This document shows positions 52,837 through 63,200 of a DNA stretch of 64,000 nt, in pieces. The position numbers and the translations under genes were made by a program. The stretch's first letter is position 1. Every line of letters starts with the position of its first letter. A model generated the notes under the pieces. It saw only the letters and a list, made by a program, of their open reading frames with translations. It did no database searches and was not told the origin of the DNA. This stretch comes from Acutalibacteraceae bacterium (GTDB lineage Bacteria; Bacillota; Clostridia; Oscillospirales; Acutalibacteraceae): contig JAZUJK010000007.1 in the NCBI GenBank assembly GCA_045642705.1, positions 31,736 to 95,735 of the forward strand. Direction: 5' to 3'.

Positions 52837-55800
52837 TTATTGTAGAACTATATTATCTTCTCCTAAGATTGAACATAATTTATTAATAACATCATCATTT
52901 GGATCAATTGTAGACTTAAAAGATTCACTGTCATAACGTTTTTCGTCCAAATAGTAGAGATATACAGGTACTTGTCCATCATCCTTGGCCATTGTCGAGA
53001 GCAGTTTGAGAACAGGAACTACATTCTCATCCCCTGCAGAATTAAAGCGGATAAATAGACCAGCTTTCTTTTTCTTGGTATAAGGTCTCACCTTCATTAC
53101 TTTCAGTGAAGGTTTTTCATCCGCGCTCACCGAGAGGCGTGCGTCGATTATATAGATGCCATTTTCATGAAGCATACCGCCATATTGCTGGTATATCTTC
53201 GGGAAAATGGTCAGCTCAATGCCACCGGTCATATCCTCGGCATAGGCGCTCGCCATAGTGGTCGATGAGCGAGTTAGTCTTACATGGATACCGCTGACAA
53301 GGCATAATAGGACAACAGCATCGTTGTCTTTATACTTGGTTGTACCATCCTCACTCGCTTCAAGAAGTTCACATACCTTGGCAGAGTTCAGTGCCTTGGC
53401 AGCCTCTTGATAATCTTTCATTGGATGGCCAGAAATATAGAGTCCGGTCATCTCCTTTTCATATTGGAGAATCTCTGTCTCTGAAAACTCTGTAAGTTCT
53501 GGAATAGTCGGCGCAGATGACTCAGATGAATAAACATCCATATCAAAGAGACCCAACTGTCCCTCAACATTCCTGCGCCTGTCATTATCGAGTTCGCCAA
53601 GTATGTCTGGCAATGCTGTAAGCATCTGTCTCCTGTTAGCACCAAGGCCATCAAGTGCGCCACATTTAATAAGTGACTCTGCACATTTACGATTGAGTGC
53701 TGGGCCATGCATGCGACGCAAGAAATCATAATATGAAGTGAATTCACCCTCGAGTTCACGGTTACGAACGAGCTCGTTTATGAAATTTCGACCGATTCCC
53801 TTTACGCCAAGTAGGCCAAAAACAACATCACCGTCCATGATTGTAAACTCAGCAAAGCTGTAATTTACATGTGGTGGGAGGACCTTGATACCGAGGTTGT
53901 TGCACTCTGAAATATATTGAACTACCTTCTCATTAAAACCTATGACACTGGTTATCTGAGATGCCATAAACTCTGCTGGGAAGTGACATTTGAGATATGC
54001 TGTCTGGAATGCAAGATTGGCATAGCAAGCTGCATGCGACTTGTTAAAAGCATATGATGCGAAGGATATCATATCATCGAAAATAGAATTTGCAGCATCC
54101 TCTTGTATTCCATTATTCTTGCATCCTGAGACAAAAGTTTCTCTCTCCTGCTGCATAACATCATGCTTTTTCTTGGACATAGCACGACGCACAATATCAG
54201 CATGGCCAAGCGAATATCCAGCAAGTTCACGACATATTTGCATTACTTGCTCCTGATAAACCATACAGCCATAGGTGACATCGAGTATGTTTTTAAGTTC
54301 TGGTGTCTTGTACTTGATATCTGACGGATTATGTCTGTTATGTATATATGTTGGAATAGAATCCATAGGTCCAGGCCTATAGAGAGATGTAAGCGCTATG
54401 AGATCCTCGACCGATGTAGGTCTAAATTGCATAAGGACATTTTTAAGACCTGATGACTCAAATTGGAAGACACCATCTGTCTCGCCCCTACCAAACATTT
54501 CGAATGTTTTCCTGTCTGTAAAGTCAATATCCTTTACAGAGAACTCTGGTATGCGTTCACGCACCAATTTTTCGCAATCCGAAATTACAGTGAGTGTTCT
54601 AAGGCCTAGGAAATCCATCTTGAGAAGTCCCAGCTCATCTAGGGCTGTCATCGTATATTGTGTAACTATAGAATCGTCCTTTTTAGCCATAGGTACGTAG
54701 GTATAGACAGGATCCTTAGTGATTACAACACCCGCCGCATGGGTGGATGTATGACGTGGCATGCCCTCGATTTTTAGAGAATAATCAATGAGCATTTTAA
54801 TCTCTTCATCACTGTCTATCATTTCCTGCAATCCAGGTACAATCTCGATGGCACGTCTGAGGTCATGGCCGAGTCGCCAAGGAATCTTCTTGGTGACGGC
54901 ATCAACCTTGGCATAGGATATGCCAAGTACACGTCCTACATCCTTGATAGCGGCGCGCGCAGCAAGTGTACCAAATGTTACAATTTGAGCAACATGGTCA
55001 GCACCATATTTCGATACGACATAATCGATTACCTCTGGGCGTCTCTCATAACAAAAGTCGATATCAAAGTCAGGCATTGATACACGCTCAGGATTGAGGA
55101 AACGCTCAAAGAGCAAATTATATTTCATAGGATCAATGTCGGTGATTCCAATGCAGTATGCAACAATACTGCCCGCTCCAGAACCACGGCCTGGTCCCAC
55201 TGGAATCCCGCTCTGCTTGGCAAATCTTACAAAGTCATAGACGATGAGATAATAATCTGTATATCCCATCTTATCCACAACAGAGAGCTCGTAGTCCATA
55301 CGCTCTCTGTATTTTTCTATAAGTTCTGCACTAAATCCTCTATATCTCTTATTAAGGCCTGCGCTTGCAAGGGAGCGCAGATATTCCGCATGGTCTCTGC
55401 CATCTGGCACCTCAAAATGCGGAAGTTTTATTTTGCCAAATTCAAATTCTACATTACACCTATCTGCAATAATTCCTGTATTATCTATTGCCTCAGGTGC
55501 CATCATGAAGAGTTTTCTCATCTCCTCCTCACTCTTGACATAAAATTCATCTGTACGGAAATCGAGGCCTGTATCCTCGTCTATTGTATGGTTCGTCTGT
55601 ATACATACGAGTATCTTTTGGATTTTGGAATCCTCAGGCAATAGATAGTGGCAGTCATTGGTAGCCACAAGAGGGATGCCTGTCTCACGTGATAGACGAA
55701 CAAGTTTTGGAAGGACTCTCTCCTCCTCTGGGATTCCGTGATTCTGTATCTCTATATAGAAATTGCCCTCACCCATAATCTCGTTATATTCGCGGGCAAT

Positions 55801-56274
55801 CTCCATTGCACCATCATAGTCACCTGCTGATAGTTTAGCTGGTATCTCACCTTGGAGACATGCGGATAGTGCTATAAGGCCCTCATGATGTTCACGGAGC
55901 AAGGCCTTATCTATACGAGGTTTGGAATAAAATCCATCTGTAAATGAGTCAGATACCATCTTAATTAGATTCTGGTATCCTATATTATTCTCGCACAGGA
56001 GCACCAGATGGTGCCTTATCTTGGCAGCGGCGCTTGTCTTGTCATACATATCGTCGGAGACATATACTTCACAGCCAATAATAGGCTTCACTCCACGGCT
56101 CCGACATGCTTTGTAAAAGTCAATAGCCCCGTACATACATCCGTGGTCCGTCATAGCCACAGCTGTCTGTCCGAGGTTACTAATAACATCCGGCAACTCG
56201 TTTATCTTACAAGCGCCGTCTAGCAAGCTATATTCAGTATGTAAGTGCAAATGAGTAAAACTCACGCCTTCCAC
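52837..56274 (-). CDS. dnaE: DNA polymerase III alpha subunit (DnaE type)
   Basis: 1145 aa with the PHP domain FTHLHLHTEYSLLDG, the palm motif PDFDIDF and a C-terminal OB region. It overlaps the whiA end by 13 nt and has a GTG start. Confidence 0.9.
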   Translation of the reverse strand: MEGVSFTHLHLHTEYSLLDGACKINELPDVISNLGQTAVAMTDHGCMYGAIDFYKACRSRGVKPIIGCEVYVSDDMYDKTSAAAKIRHHLVLLCENNIGYQNLIKMVSDSFTDGFYSKPRIDKALLREHHEGLIALSACLQGEIPAKLSAGDYDGAMEIAREYNEIMGEGNFYIEIQNHGIPEEERVLPKLVRLSRETGIPLVATNDCHYLLPEDSKIQKILVCIQTNHTIDEDTGLDFRTDEFYVKSEEEMRKLFMMAPEAIDNTGIIADRCNVEFEFGKIKLPHFEVPDGRDHAEYLRSLASAGLNKRYRGFSAELIEKYRERMDYELSVVDKMGYTDYYLIVYDFVRFAKQSGIPVGPGRGSGAGSIVAYCIGITDIDPMKYNLLFERFLNPERVSMPDFDIDFCYERRPEVIDYVVSKYGADHVAQIVTFGTLAARAAIKDVGRVLGISYAKVDAVTKKIPWRLGHDLRRAIEIVPGLQEMIDSDEEIKMLIDYSLKIEGMPRHTSTHAAGVVITKDPVYTYVPMAKKDDSIVTQYTMTALDELGLLKMDFLGLRTLTVISDCEKLVRERIPEFSVKDIDFTDRKTFEMFGRGETDGVFQFESSGLKNVLMQFRPTSVEDLIALTSLYRPGPMDSIPTYIHNRHNPSDIKYKTPELKNILDVTYGCMVYQEQVMQICRELAGYSLGHADIVRRAMSKKKHDVMQQERETFVSGCKNNGIQEDAANSIFDDMISFASYAFNKSHAACYANLAFQTAYLKCHFPAEFMASQITSVIGFNEKVVQYISECNNLGIKVLPPHVNYSFAEFTIMDGDVVFGLLGVKGIGRNFINELVRNRELEGEFTSYYDFLRRMHGPALNRKCAESLIKCGALDGLGANRRQMLTALPDILGELDNDRRRNVEGQLGLFDMDVYSSESSAPTIPELTEFSETEILQYEKEMTGLYISGHPMKDYQEAAKALNSAKVCELLEASEDGTTKYKDNDAVVLLCLVSGIHVRLTRSSTTMASAYAEDMTGGIELTIFPKIYQQYGGMLHENGIYIIDARLSVSADEKPSLKVMKVRPYTKKKKAGLFIRFNSAGDENVVPVLKLLSTMAKDDGQVPVYLYYLDEKRYDSESFKSTIDPNDDVINKLCSILGEDNIVLQ

Positions 56275-57218
56275 CCTAGCCCTTCTGCGATTTCTAATAT
56301 CTTAGATAATCTATGATTTACACCTGACTTGGATATTGGCTCCTTCAAATTATCTGCGAGATCCTTTAGCGTATAGTCCTCATTTTCAAGGCGAAGCAAT
56401 GCGAGCTCGCGCAAATCATCTGGTAGATATCCTATGCCCTGTGTCTCTTCTATATATTCAATAGCCTTAATCTGCTTATATGCCGCGTCAAATGCTCTAC
56501 TTGAGTTGGCATTTTCAAAATTCATTTTACGGTTTACTCTATTGCGCATGTCCTTGTACATGCGAGCGCCCATAATCTGGAGCGCAGCATCTGACGCGCC
56601 AATATACGTGAGCAAATTCTCAATTTGCTCACCATCCTTGAAATATACAACATGTACACCACGTCTCTGTACATACTTTGGTGTGAATTCAATTATATTG
56701 CCAGTCGCATCATCAGCGATAGTAATCTCTGAAATAAGTTTTCTAAGGTCATCAGAGAGAACCTTGTGTGACATTACAAATTCGAGATGATAATCCTTCT
56801 CTGGGTCTGTAACAGTGCCGCAGGATAGGAATGCGCCACGCAGTATTGCTGCCATGCAGCACTCATCCTCTACGTTGGCGCGGTTCATGCGGCGGTTCAC
56901 CTCGTCACCGCTGTGGCCAAAGTAATCAAGTATTGCTTTGCGCTCACGAGCATTTCGAATTGTTACTTTATACTTTCCAGAATTTGAAAAATCAACTCGA
57001 GGCTCTGCACCGGTAATGGTCTGTGAATAGTCTGAGAATAACTCTGCTACACCCTCTTGCTCTGTCTTGATACAGATTGTCGCAGGAGTAAGATCACGGC
57101 AAAACAGGAATAAGCCGTACATCTCAGCATGGATGCAGCATGGTCGCATTCCGCCCATAGTTCTGGCAAGAACGCTTTTTTCTATCAATTCATCTTTTAC
57201 CGTTTTAGCAAATGACAC
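56262..57218 (-). CDS. whiA: DNA-binding protein WhiA
   Basis: 318 aa. FAKTVKDEL... is followed by a degenerate LAGLIDADG-like middle region and a C-terminal HTH (LKDLADNL..ISKSGVNHRL). Confidence 0.85.
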   Translation of the reverse strand: MSFAKTVKDELIEKSVLARTMGGMRPCCIHAEMYGLFLFCRDLTPATICIKTEQEGVAELFSDYSQTITGAEPRVDFSNSGKYKVTIRNARERKAILDYFGHSGDEVNRRMNRANVEDECCMAAILRGAFLSCGTVTDPEKDYHLEFVMSHKVLSDDLRKLISEITIADDATGNIIEFTPKYVQRRGVHVVYFKDGEQIENLLTYIGASDAALQIMGARMYKDMRNRVNRKMNFENANSSRAFDAAYKQIKAIEYIEETQGIGYLPDDLRELALLRLENEDYTLKDLADNLKEPISKSGVNHRLSKILEIAEGLGWKA

Positions 57219-57233
57219 TACTTTGTCCTCACT

Positions 57234-58133
57234 TTAGATAATTCTTACTTCTGGCTCGAGCTCTACGCCCTTCTGTTCTCTTACTGTGTCCTCAACAAGT
57301 TTCATAAGGTCGAGAACATCCTTGGATGTCGCATCACCAATGTTGATAACAAATCCAGCATGCTTCTCAGATACCTGAGCGCCACCAACTGTCTTGCCCT
57401 TTAGGCCACATTCGTCAATCAGTGCTGCAGCAAAATAGCCTTCTGGTCTCTTGAATGTGCTGCCTGCTGATGGATAATCAAGTGGCTGCTTTGCGCGACG
57501 TCTATTTAGTACATCAGTCATATTATTCTTAATACCCTCAGCATTGTCAGGCTCCAGGTGGAAGATTACTGATGTGATGATAAGGTCACTGTCAACATAG
57601 GCTGAATGACGATATGAGAAATCAAGCTGCGAGCCCTGGAATGAGCCACGCTCACCATCTAGATTCATATGGTTTACAACCCATATTACATCCTTCATCT
57701 CTCCGCCATATGCGCCGGCATTCATGAATGCTGCGCCACCTACTGTGCCTGGTATACCATAGGCAAATTCCATGCCGCCCAGTGAATATTCAAGAGCAAA
57801 TTTGCATAGATTTACAAGTTTCGCTCCCGCTTCAACACGGACGAGGTCATTACCTGCATATTCAATCTTGGAGAAACTGTCTCCCATTACTATTACGACA
57901 CCATCAATGCCCTCGTCACGGATAAGCACATTGCTACCGTTGCCGAGTACGATTGGCTTAATACCCTCTACCTTGCAAGCCTTCAGTATCTCGGACAATG
58001 CATCAACAGAGTTTGGCTCGACCAAAAGTTTCGCTGGTCCGCCAATCTTGAATGTCGTATATTTTGCCATATTGGCATTTTCAACATAGTTGCAACCGTT
58101 ATCACGGGCAGCCTTAATAATCTTTTCAAACAT
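57234..58133 (-). CDS. murB: UDP-N-acetylenolpyruvoylglucosamine reductase
   Basis: MAKYTTFKIGGPAKLLVEP, GNGSNVL, GAGSTFKRP-like SAGSTFKRP and AGGAQVSEKHAGF. 299 aa. Confidence 0.9.
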   Translation of the reverse strand: MFEKIIKAARDNGCNYVENANMAKYTTFKIGGPAKLLVEPNSVDALSEILKACKVEGIKPIVLGNGSNVLIRDEGIDGVVIVMGDSFSKIEYAGNDLVRVEAGAKLVNLCKFALEYSLGGMEFAYGIPGTVGGAAFMNAGAYGGEMKDVIWVVNHMNLDGERGSFQGSQLDFSYRHSAYVDSDLIITSVIFHLEPDNAEGIKNNMTDVLNRRRAKQPLDYPSAGSTFKRPEGYFAAALIDECGLKGKTVGGAQVSEKHAGFVINIGDATSKDVLDLMKLVEDTVREQKGVELEPEVRII

Positions 58134-59042
58134 TTAAAATTCTCCCATAGCAGCACCGATTATGCCTGCATCGTTTCCAAGTTCTGCAATTTTAATCTCT
58201 GTCTGCTTCTCTGAATTTTTAGTATAACGCTTTTCCTCTATCTTGCGGCAAAGTGGCTCAAGCAAATAGTCACCTTGTCCTGCAACGCCACCGCCAAGAC
58301 AGATAATCTCTGGCTGGAATATATTAATGAGATTGGAAAGTCCTGTGCTTAGATAGTCATAGTATGAATCGAGAACTTCCAGTGCAATTAGATTGTCACT
58401 CTTGGCAAGTTCAAAAATATCGCGAGCGCCGGCAACATCGAGACCCTTCTCTCTAGCATCTCGGATGAGAGCAGTCGCTGATGCATATTGCTCAAAGCAA
58501 CCTATTCTGCCACATTTGCAAGGGATACCCTGGTGGTCAATCACCATATGACCTATCTCACCAGCGGCTCCATTGACACCTGTAAGAAGCTTGCCATCAA
58601 TGATAATTCCGCCACCGATACCGGTGCCGAGTGTTACAGCAATGAAGTTTCGAGCGCCACGTCCTGCACCTGCAATCTGTTCGCCAAGAGCTGCACAATT
58701 TGCATCATTATATACTCTTGTAGGCTTGCCGAGTCGCTCTTCTACGAGAGCGCGAAGTGGCGTATTTTGAAATCCCAAGTTGGCATCGTTTTCTACAACG
58801 CCCTGGGCATTTACTGCCCCAGGTGTTCCGACGCCAACGGATGCGATATCATCCATTGTGACGCCCGCAGCGTCTAGCGCCAGTCGCGCAGCATCTGCTA
58901 TCGCATCTGCAATCTCCCCCGCCGTGCGTGGAAGTGCTGTTGGTACGCTACCGCGCCCAACAATATTGCAGCCGTCGTCCACGACGCCGGCAGCGATATT
59001 TGTGCCACCGAGATCTATTCCAATTCTAAGCAAGGTTTTCAC
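58134..59042 (-). CDS. glcK: ROK-family glucokinase
   Basis: IGIDLGGTNIAAG, the ROK signature with the zinc motif CKCGRIGCFEQYAS, and C-terminal GNDAGIIGAA. It has a GTG start after AGAGG and abuts murB. Confidence 0.8.
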   Translation of the reverse strand: MKTLLRIGIDLGGTNIAAGVVDDGCNIVGRGSVPTALPRTAGEIADAIADAARLALDAAGVTMDDIASVGVGTPGAVNAQGVVENDANLGFQNTPLRALVEERLGKPTRVYNDANCAALGEQIAGAGRGARNFIAVTLGTGIGGGIIIDGKLLTGVNGAAGEIGHMVIDHQGIPCKCGRIGCFEQYASATALIRDAREKGLDVAGARDIFELAKSDNLIALEVLDSYYDYLSTGLSNLINIFQPEIICLGGGVAGQGDYLLEPLCRKIEEKRYTKNSEKQTEIKIAELGNDAGIIGAAMGEF

Positions 59043-59064
59043 CTCTTATATATAGTAATACAGA

Positions 59065-59092
59065 TAATATAATACCATAAATATAGGTCAAA
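59065..59092 (-). promoter_or_regulatory. Promoter of the glcK-murB-whiA-dnaE unit
   Basis: TTGACC (59092-59087), 16 nt, TATTAT (59070-59065), immediately after the upstream terminator. Confidence 0.5.
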
Positions 59093-59122
59093 AAAAAGTG
59101 GGTAAGCAATTGCTTACCCACA
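59091..59122 (-). terminator. Intrinsic terminator ending the aminotransferase-transketolase operon
   Basis: GUGGGUAAGC-AAUU-GCUUACCCAC (59122-59099) is followed by U8 on the minus strand. Confidence 0.8.
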
Positions 59123-59145
59123 ATTTTTAAGCGATATCGCCTATC

Positions 59146-59943
59146 TTATTTAGCAAGTGCGCCAACTGTAGCCATATGGTCACCAAGCTGTACGCCGAAC
59201 TCTGGGCCGCCCTTCATGATGAGCTGACGATTAGCTGTCATCTCAAACATGTCGCCGATCTCCATAAGGATAAGGAGAGCTGACTCTGGGCAGTCAAATG
59301 CCATTGTAAAGAATGGATCTGAACGCTCATAGAGGCCCTTACCTGCCTTAGAGTTACCGTGATCAATTCTAATGTGTGCAGCAATCTCTGGATGGCCGAT
59401 AACTTCCCACTGGTAGCAACGGTCAGGAGATTCCTTAACCCACTTAGAAATTGTTGGATGTCCCATCTTATTAAGAGCTGAGATACCTGTTGAAAGAAGA
59501 GCGAAATAGAGCTTTGTAAGAAGAAGCTGTGTATCAGGATCCTCAGGAACTTCTGTTGCTGTAAGAAGTGAAGACATCTTAAGAAGAACAGCCATGAAGA
59601 GGCCGAACTTTGCAACGTTCTTGATCTTGAAGCCTGGAAGCTTAGTCATATCTCCGCACATAAATGCGTTCATCTTTTCCATTGATGAGAAAGCAAGTTC
59701 ACCATCAATCTGATTCTTACCTGAGTAGAGACCCTGGTATACTTCCCACTTACCATCAGTTACTACGAAATGAACTGCTTCCTTCTTGCCATCAGCCTTA
59801 GCTGATACCTGGTAAACAGCATTGATCTTAGGAATTGTGAAAAGCTTATTAAGTGTTGGATCGTCTGTAGCGATGATTTTCAATAGAGGCAAAGCAGCTG
59901 CCATGAAAACTTTATTCGCATAACGTACTTCATCTGTAGGCAT
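59146..59943 (-). CDS. Unassigned 265-aa protein, possibly a tandem SCP2-like fold; distant paralog of 63201-63965
   Basis: It has a strong RBS (AAGGAGGA) and is soluble, with no catalytic motif I recognise. The C-terminal half (...FTMAFDCPESALLILMEIGDMFEMTANRQLIMKGGPEFGVQLGDHM) resembles the SCP2 pattern ending in G-x-[LI]-x-[IM]-x-G. Confidence 0.35.
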   Translation of the reverse strand: MPTDEVRYANKVFMAAALPLLKIIATDDPTLNKLFTIPKINAVYQVSAKADGKKEAVHFVVTDGKWEVYQGLYSGKNQIDGELAFSSMEKMNAFMCGDMTKLPGFKIKNVAKFGLFMAVLLKMSSLLTATEVPEDPDTQLLLTKLYFALLSTGISALNKMGHPTISKWVKESPDRCYQWEVIGHPEIAAHIRIDHGNSKAGKGLYERSDPFFTMAFDCPESALLILMEIGDMFEMTANRQLIMKGGPEFGVQLGDHMATVGALAK

Positions 59944-59960
59944 AATTCTTTTCCTCCTTA

Positions 59961-60974
59961 TTAATATTCATCTGCCCAATCAGTATTAGCAGCAAGATTC
60001 TTGCCGAGGAGGCTTGCAGCAGCTGCAGCAACGCCATTAGCGTCGATACCAGCGATTGTAAGCAAGTCTTCCTGAAGACCGATTGTTGAGAAGTTGTTGT
60101 CATGACCGAGCATCTTGAGCTTGCATGGCTTGCCATATTCAGCAATTACTTCTGCTACTGCAGAACCAAGACCGCCCTGGATTACGTGGTCCTCTACTGT
60201 TACGATGCAGCCTGTCTCATCAATTGCCTTGATGATAGCTTCCTTGTCGATTGGCTTTAGTGTATGCATGTTAAGAACACGAGCATTAACACCAAGGTCA
60301 GACTTCAAGATATTAGCTGCCTGAAGTGACTGATAAACGCCAGCGCCGATACCGATGATTGTAGCATCGTTACCGTCCTTGAGCTGATCAGCCTTATCCC
60401 ATACGAAGTTAACTGAGTCTGGGCCGCCCTCATATACAACTGCGTCGAAACCACGGTTGATACGAATGTAAACAGGACCAGGAATGTCATATGAAGCCTT
60501 AACGAGCTTGTAAGCCTCAGCACCATCAGCTGGGCACATAACTGTCATATGAGGAAGTGATCTTGCAACTGCGAGGTCGATAATAGCATGGTGTGTTGAA
60601 CCAGCCTGACCGAAAGATGTACCTGCATGTGATGCAAGGATCTTAACAGGAACGTTCTGATAGCAGATATCTGTATGAATCTGATCAAGAGAACGAGCAG
60701 CTGCGAAAATTGAGAATGTAGATGCATAAGGAACGAATCCGTTCTTAGCAAGACCAGCAGCGATACCGAACATGTTCTGCTCAGCAATACCACAGTTGAT
60801 AAGTCTGTCAGGGAAAGCCTTTACGAAAGGAGCAATCTTAGTAGACTTAGCAAGGTCAGCAGTAAGAGCAATAACGTCTGGATGCTCTTCGCCTAGGTCA
60901 TGGAGTGCCTTACCATAGTACTCAGCTGTAGTAAGTCTCTCAGCTTCGATAGAAGTATATACCATACCACCCAT
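59961..60974 (-). CDS. Transketolase, C-terminal (pyrimidine-binding) subunit
   Basis: ...CGIAEQNMFGIAAGLA..., FSIFAAARSLDQI and GAGSTHHAI-like GQAGSTHHAI. The ATG at 60974 follows AAGGAGGG, 2 nt after the stop of the N-terminal subunit. The ORF track start is 61007. Confidence 0.85.
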   Translation of the reverse strand: MGGMVYTSIEAERLTTAEYYGKALHDLGEEHPDVIALTADLAKSTKIAPFVKAFPDRLINCGIAEQNMFGIAAGLAKNGFVPYASTFSIFAAARSLDQIHTDICYQNVPVKILASHAGTSFGQAGSTHHAIIDLAVARSLPHMTVMCPADGAEAYKLVKASYDIPGPVYIRINRGFDAVVYEGGPDSVNFVWDKADQLKDGNDATIIGIGAGVYQSLQAANILKSDLGVNARVLNMHTLKPIDKEAIIKAIDETGCIVTVEDHVIQGGLGSAVAEVIAEYGKPCKLKMLGHDNNFSTIGLQEDLLTIAGIDANGVAAAAASLLGKNLAANTDWADEY

Positions 60975-60976
60975 GA

Positions 60977-61870
60977 TTATTTGCCCTCCTTTTCTGCGCG
61001 AGCACAACGCTCAGCATAATACTTATCAAGTGAATCGAAAGCATCCTTAGCCTTCTTATCATCAAGAGAACCATAGTGCCAGAGATAGTTATCCTTCATG
61101 AAGTCAACGCCTTCACCCTTGAATGTATCAAGGATAATTGCTGTTGGCTTGTCGCCCTTCTTAGCGTTTTCGATAGCTGCCTCAATAGCAATATTGAGCT
61201 GTGAGAAGTCATGACCATCAACACGATATACGTTGAAGTTGAAAGCCTTAAACTTCTTATCGATTGGCTCGATGTTCATTTCATCTGCAACACGACCATC
61301 GATCATGCACTTGTTGTTATCAACCATAACAACAAGATTTGAAAGCTTGAACTGAGCGGCACTCATGATACCTTCCCAGTTTGAACCTTCGTTCATCTCA
61401 CCGTCACCGCAGATTACATATGTCATGTAATCCTTACCCTTGAGCTTAGCTGCGAGAGCAGCACCAACACCAAGAGAAATACCGTGACCAAGAGAACCTG
61501 TTGAGAAATCTACGCCCTTAACCTTATTAGAATCAAGGTGCATACCGATCTTGGCACCTGTGAGGTTGAAGATCTGGAGTTCCTCGATTGGCATAAAGCC
61601 ATAATCAACAAGAACAGGAGCATAACCTACTGCTGCGTGACCCTTTGAAAGTACAAAACGGTCTCTGTCCTCATAATTTGGATTGTGTGGATCAAGCTTC
61701 ATGAATCTATGATAGAGAATTGTCATAGCATCCATAGCAGACATTGCGCCACCAATATGTCCTGAACCGCCCCAAATAGCTGTCTGAAGAGTCAACTTTC
61801 TGAGTTCATGAGCTTTTGCTTCAAGGCGGAGCCATTCAGCCTTATCAAAAGGCTTATAATTTGCTGGCAT
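60977..61870 (-). CDS. Transketolase, N-terminal (TPP-binding) subunit
   Basis: GSGHIGGAMS, SKGHAAVGYAP, the TPP motif GDGEMNEGSNWE and VDNNKCMIDG. I prefer the start MPANYK (61870); the ORF track start is 61888. Confidence 0.85.
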   Translation of the reverse strand: MPANYKPFDKAEWLRLEAKAHELRKLTLQTAIWGGSGHIGGAMSAMDAMTILYHRFMKLDPHNPNYEDRDRFVLSKGHAAVGYAPVLVDYGFMPIEELQIFNLTGAKIGMHLDSNKVKGVDFSTGSLGHGISLGVGAALAAKLKGKDYMTYVICGDGEMNEGSNWEGIMSAAQFKLSNLVVMVDNNKCMIDGRVADEMNIEPIDKKFKAFNFNVYRVDGHDFSQLNIAIEAAIENAKKGDKPTAIILDTFKGEGVDFMKDNYLWHYGSLDDKKAKDAFDSLDKYYAERCARAEKEGK

Positions 61871-61910
61871 GAATATATCCCCTTTCATTCAAAAAATATG
61901 AATAAAAATT

Positions 61911-63185
61911 TTATTTAATTAAACCGAGATCAGGATGACGCTCAGCAACTACTGAGAATGCGTCATTAGCAACATCGATTGTATAATCGATATCCTCATC
62001 TGTAAGAGCTGCATTGATGAAGTGGTTGTGATGTGATGCGAAGAAGATACCACGGCTTACGCACTCAGCAACCCACTCCTGATGAAGCATAAGGTTATCA
62101 TCATTAGCAATTCTGAAATAGAAGAGTGCTGGCTCACCAGATGTAACAAGATTGATGTTGTGCTCTTTACCTGCTGCTACAAGACCATCGAGGAGCTTAG
62201 TACCCTTCTGACGGAACATTGTAGGAGTATCGAGTGCCTTCATCTTGTTGATACAAGCGATACAAGCTGCAAATGGCTCAGCTGAAAGCCAATAAGAACC
62301 TGTATATACAACTGATGAAGCTGTTGACTTCATGTGCTCCTGGCCGCATACGCAAGACATGTTATATCCGTTTGCAAGAGCCTTGCAGAAGCAGATAAGG
62401 TCTGCCTTGAAACCGTAGTAATGGTCAGAACCAGCGAGGTCAAGACGGAAGCCTACGCGAACGTCGTCGATGATAAGAAGCATACCGTGATCATCGCAGA
62501 ACTTACGAACTGCAGCCCACTGCTCCTTAGTAGCGCAAACGTTGTCATAGAAGTTACCATGGTCATATGGCTGAGCGATGATAGCAGCAACGTCGCCGTT
62601 GTTCTCATCATATACTCTCTGAAGTGCTTCCATATCGAACCAAGGAATTACAACGTTGTTAGCAACTTCCTCTGGAAGAATACCAGGATAGTCAGCCTTC
62701 TGAGCCCACTGGAAGTCACCATGATAGTAACCTTTGAAGAATACGATCTTCTTCTTGCCAGTATGTGCACGTGCGCACATTACTGAGAATGTTGTAGCGT
62801 CTGAACCGTTCTTCATGAAGAAAGCCCAGTCAGCGCAGTTAACTGTGTCCTTAAGAAGTTCTGCGCACTCAACCATCTTATAAGATACAGAAGTTGTGCA
62901 GTTACCCTTCTTAAGTTGCTCGATTGCTGCTGCATCAACGTCGTCATCGCAGTAACCGAGTACGTTAGGACCGTATGCGCACATATAGTCGATGTAACGG
63001 TTTCCGTCTACATCCCAGAAATATGTGCCCTTAGCATGGTCGCACATAAGAGGCCACTTTGTGATTGGAAGGAAAAGTCCTTCTGATGGGCCGAGGTGAC
63101 CATAAACGCCTGATGGAACAGCTGCGAGTGCTCTATCAAACCATTTTTTAGATTCAACATGTGAATATTCTGGATATTTACTCAT
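61911..63185 (-). CDS. Class III PLP enzyme, glutamate-1-semialdehyde-aminomutase-like (second copy in the window)
   Basis: 424 aa with AKGTYFWDVDGNRYIDY, NGSDATTFSVMCAR, IIDDVRVGFR and the PLP-lysine block CFCKALANGY. Confidence 0.8.
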   Translation of the reverse strand: MSKYPEYSHVESKKWFDRALAAVPSGVYGHLGPSEGLFLPITKWPLMCDHAKGTYFWDVDGNRYIDYMCAYGPNVLGYCDDDVDAAAIEQLKKGNCTTSVSYKMVECAELLKDTVNCADWAFFMKNGSDATTFSVMCARAHTGKKKIVFFKGYYHGDFQWAQKADYPGILPEEVANNVVIPWFDMEALQRVYDENNGDVAAIIAQPYDHGNFYDNVCATKEQWAAVRKFCDDHGMLLIIDDVRVGFRLDLAGSDHYYGFKADLICFCKALANGYNMSCVCGQEHMKSTASSVVYTGSYWLSAEPFAACIACINKMKALDTPTMFRQKGTKLLDGLVAAGKEHNINLVTSGEPALFYFRIANDDNLMLHQEWVAECVSRGIFFASHHNHFINAALTDEDIDYTIDVANDAFSVVAERHPDLGLIK

Positions 63186-63200
63186 TATCTGTTCCCTCCT

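Noticed and set aside
59961-61888. Split transketolase as a pseudogene or frameshifted tkt.
   Set aside because: The N- and C-terminal halves are each intact. They are separated by a clean stop, 2 nt and a new RBS-ATG (AAGGAGGGCAAATAATCATG). Two-subunit transketolases are a normal arrangement in Clostridia and archaea. The apparent 31-nt overlap in the ORF track comes from an upstream in-frame start that I do not think is used.
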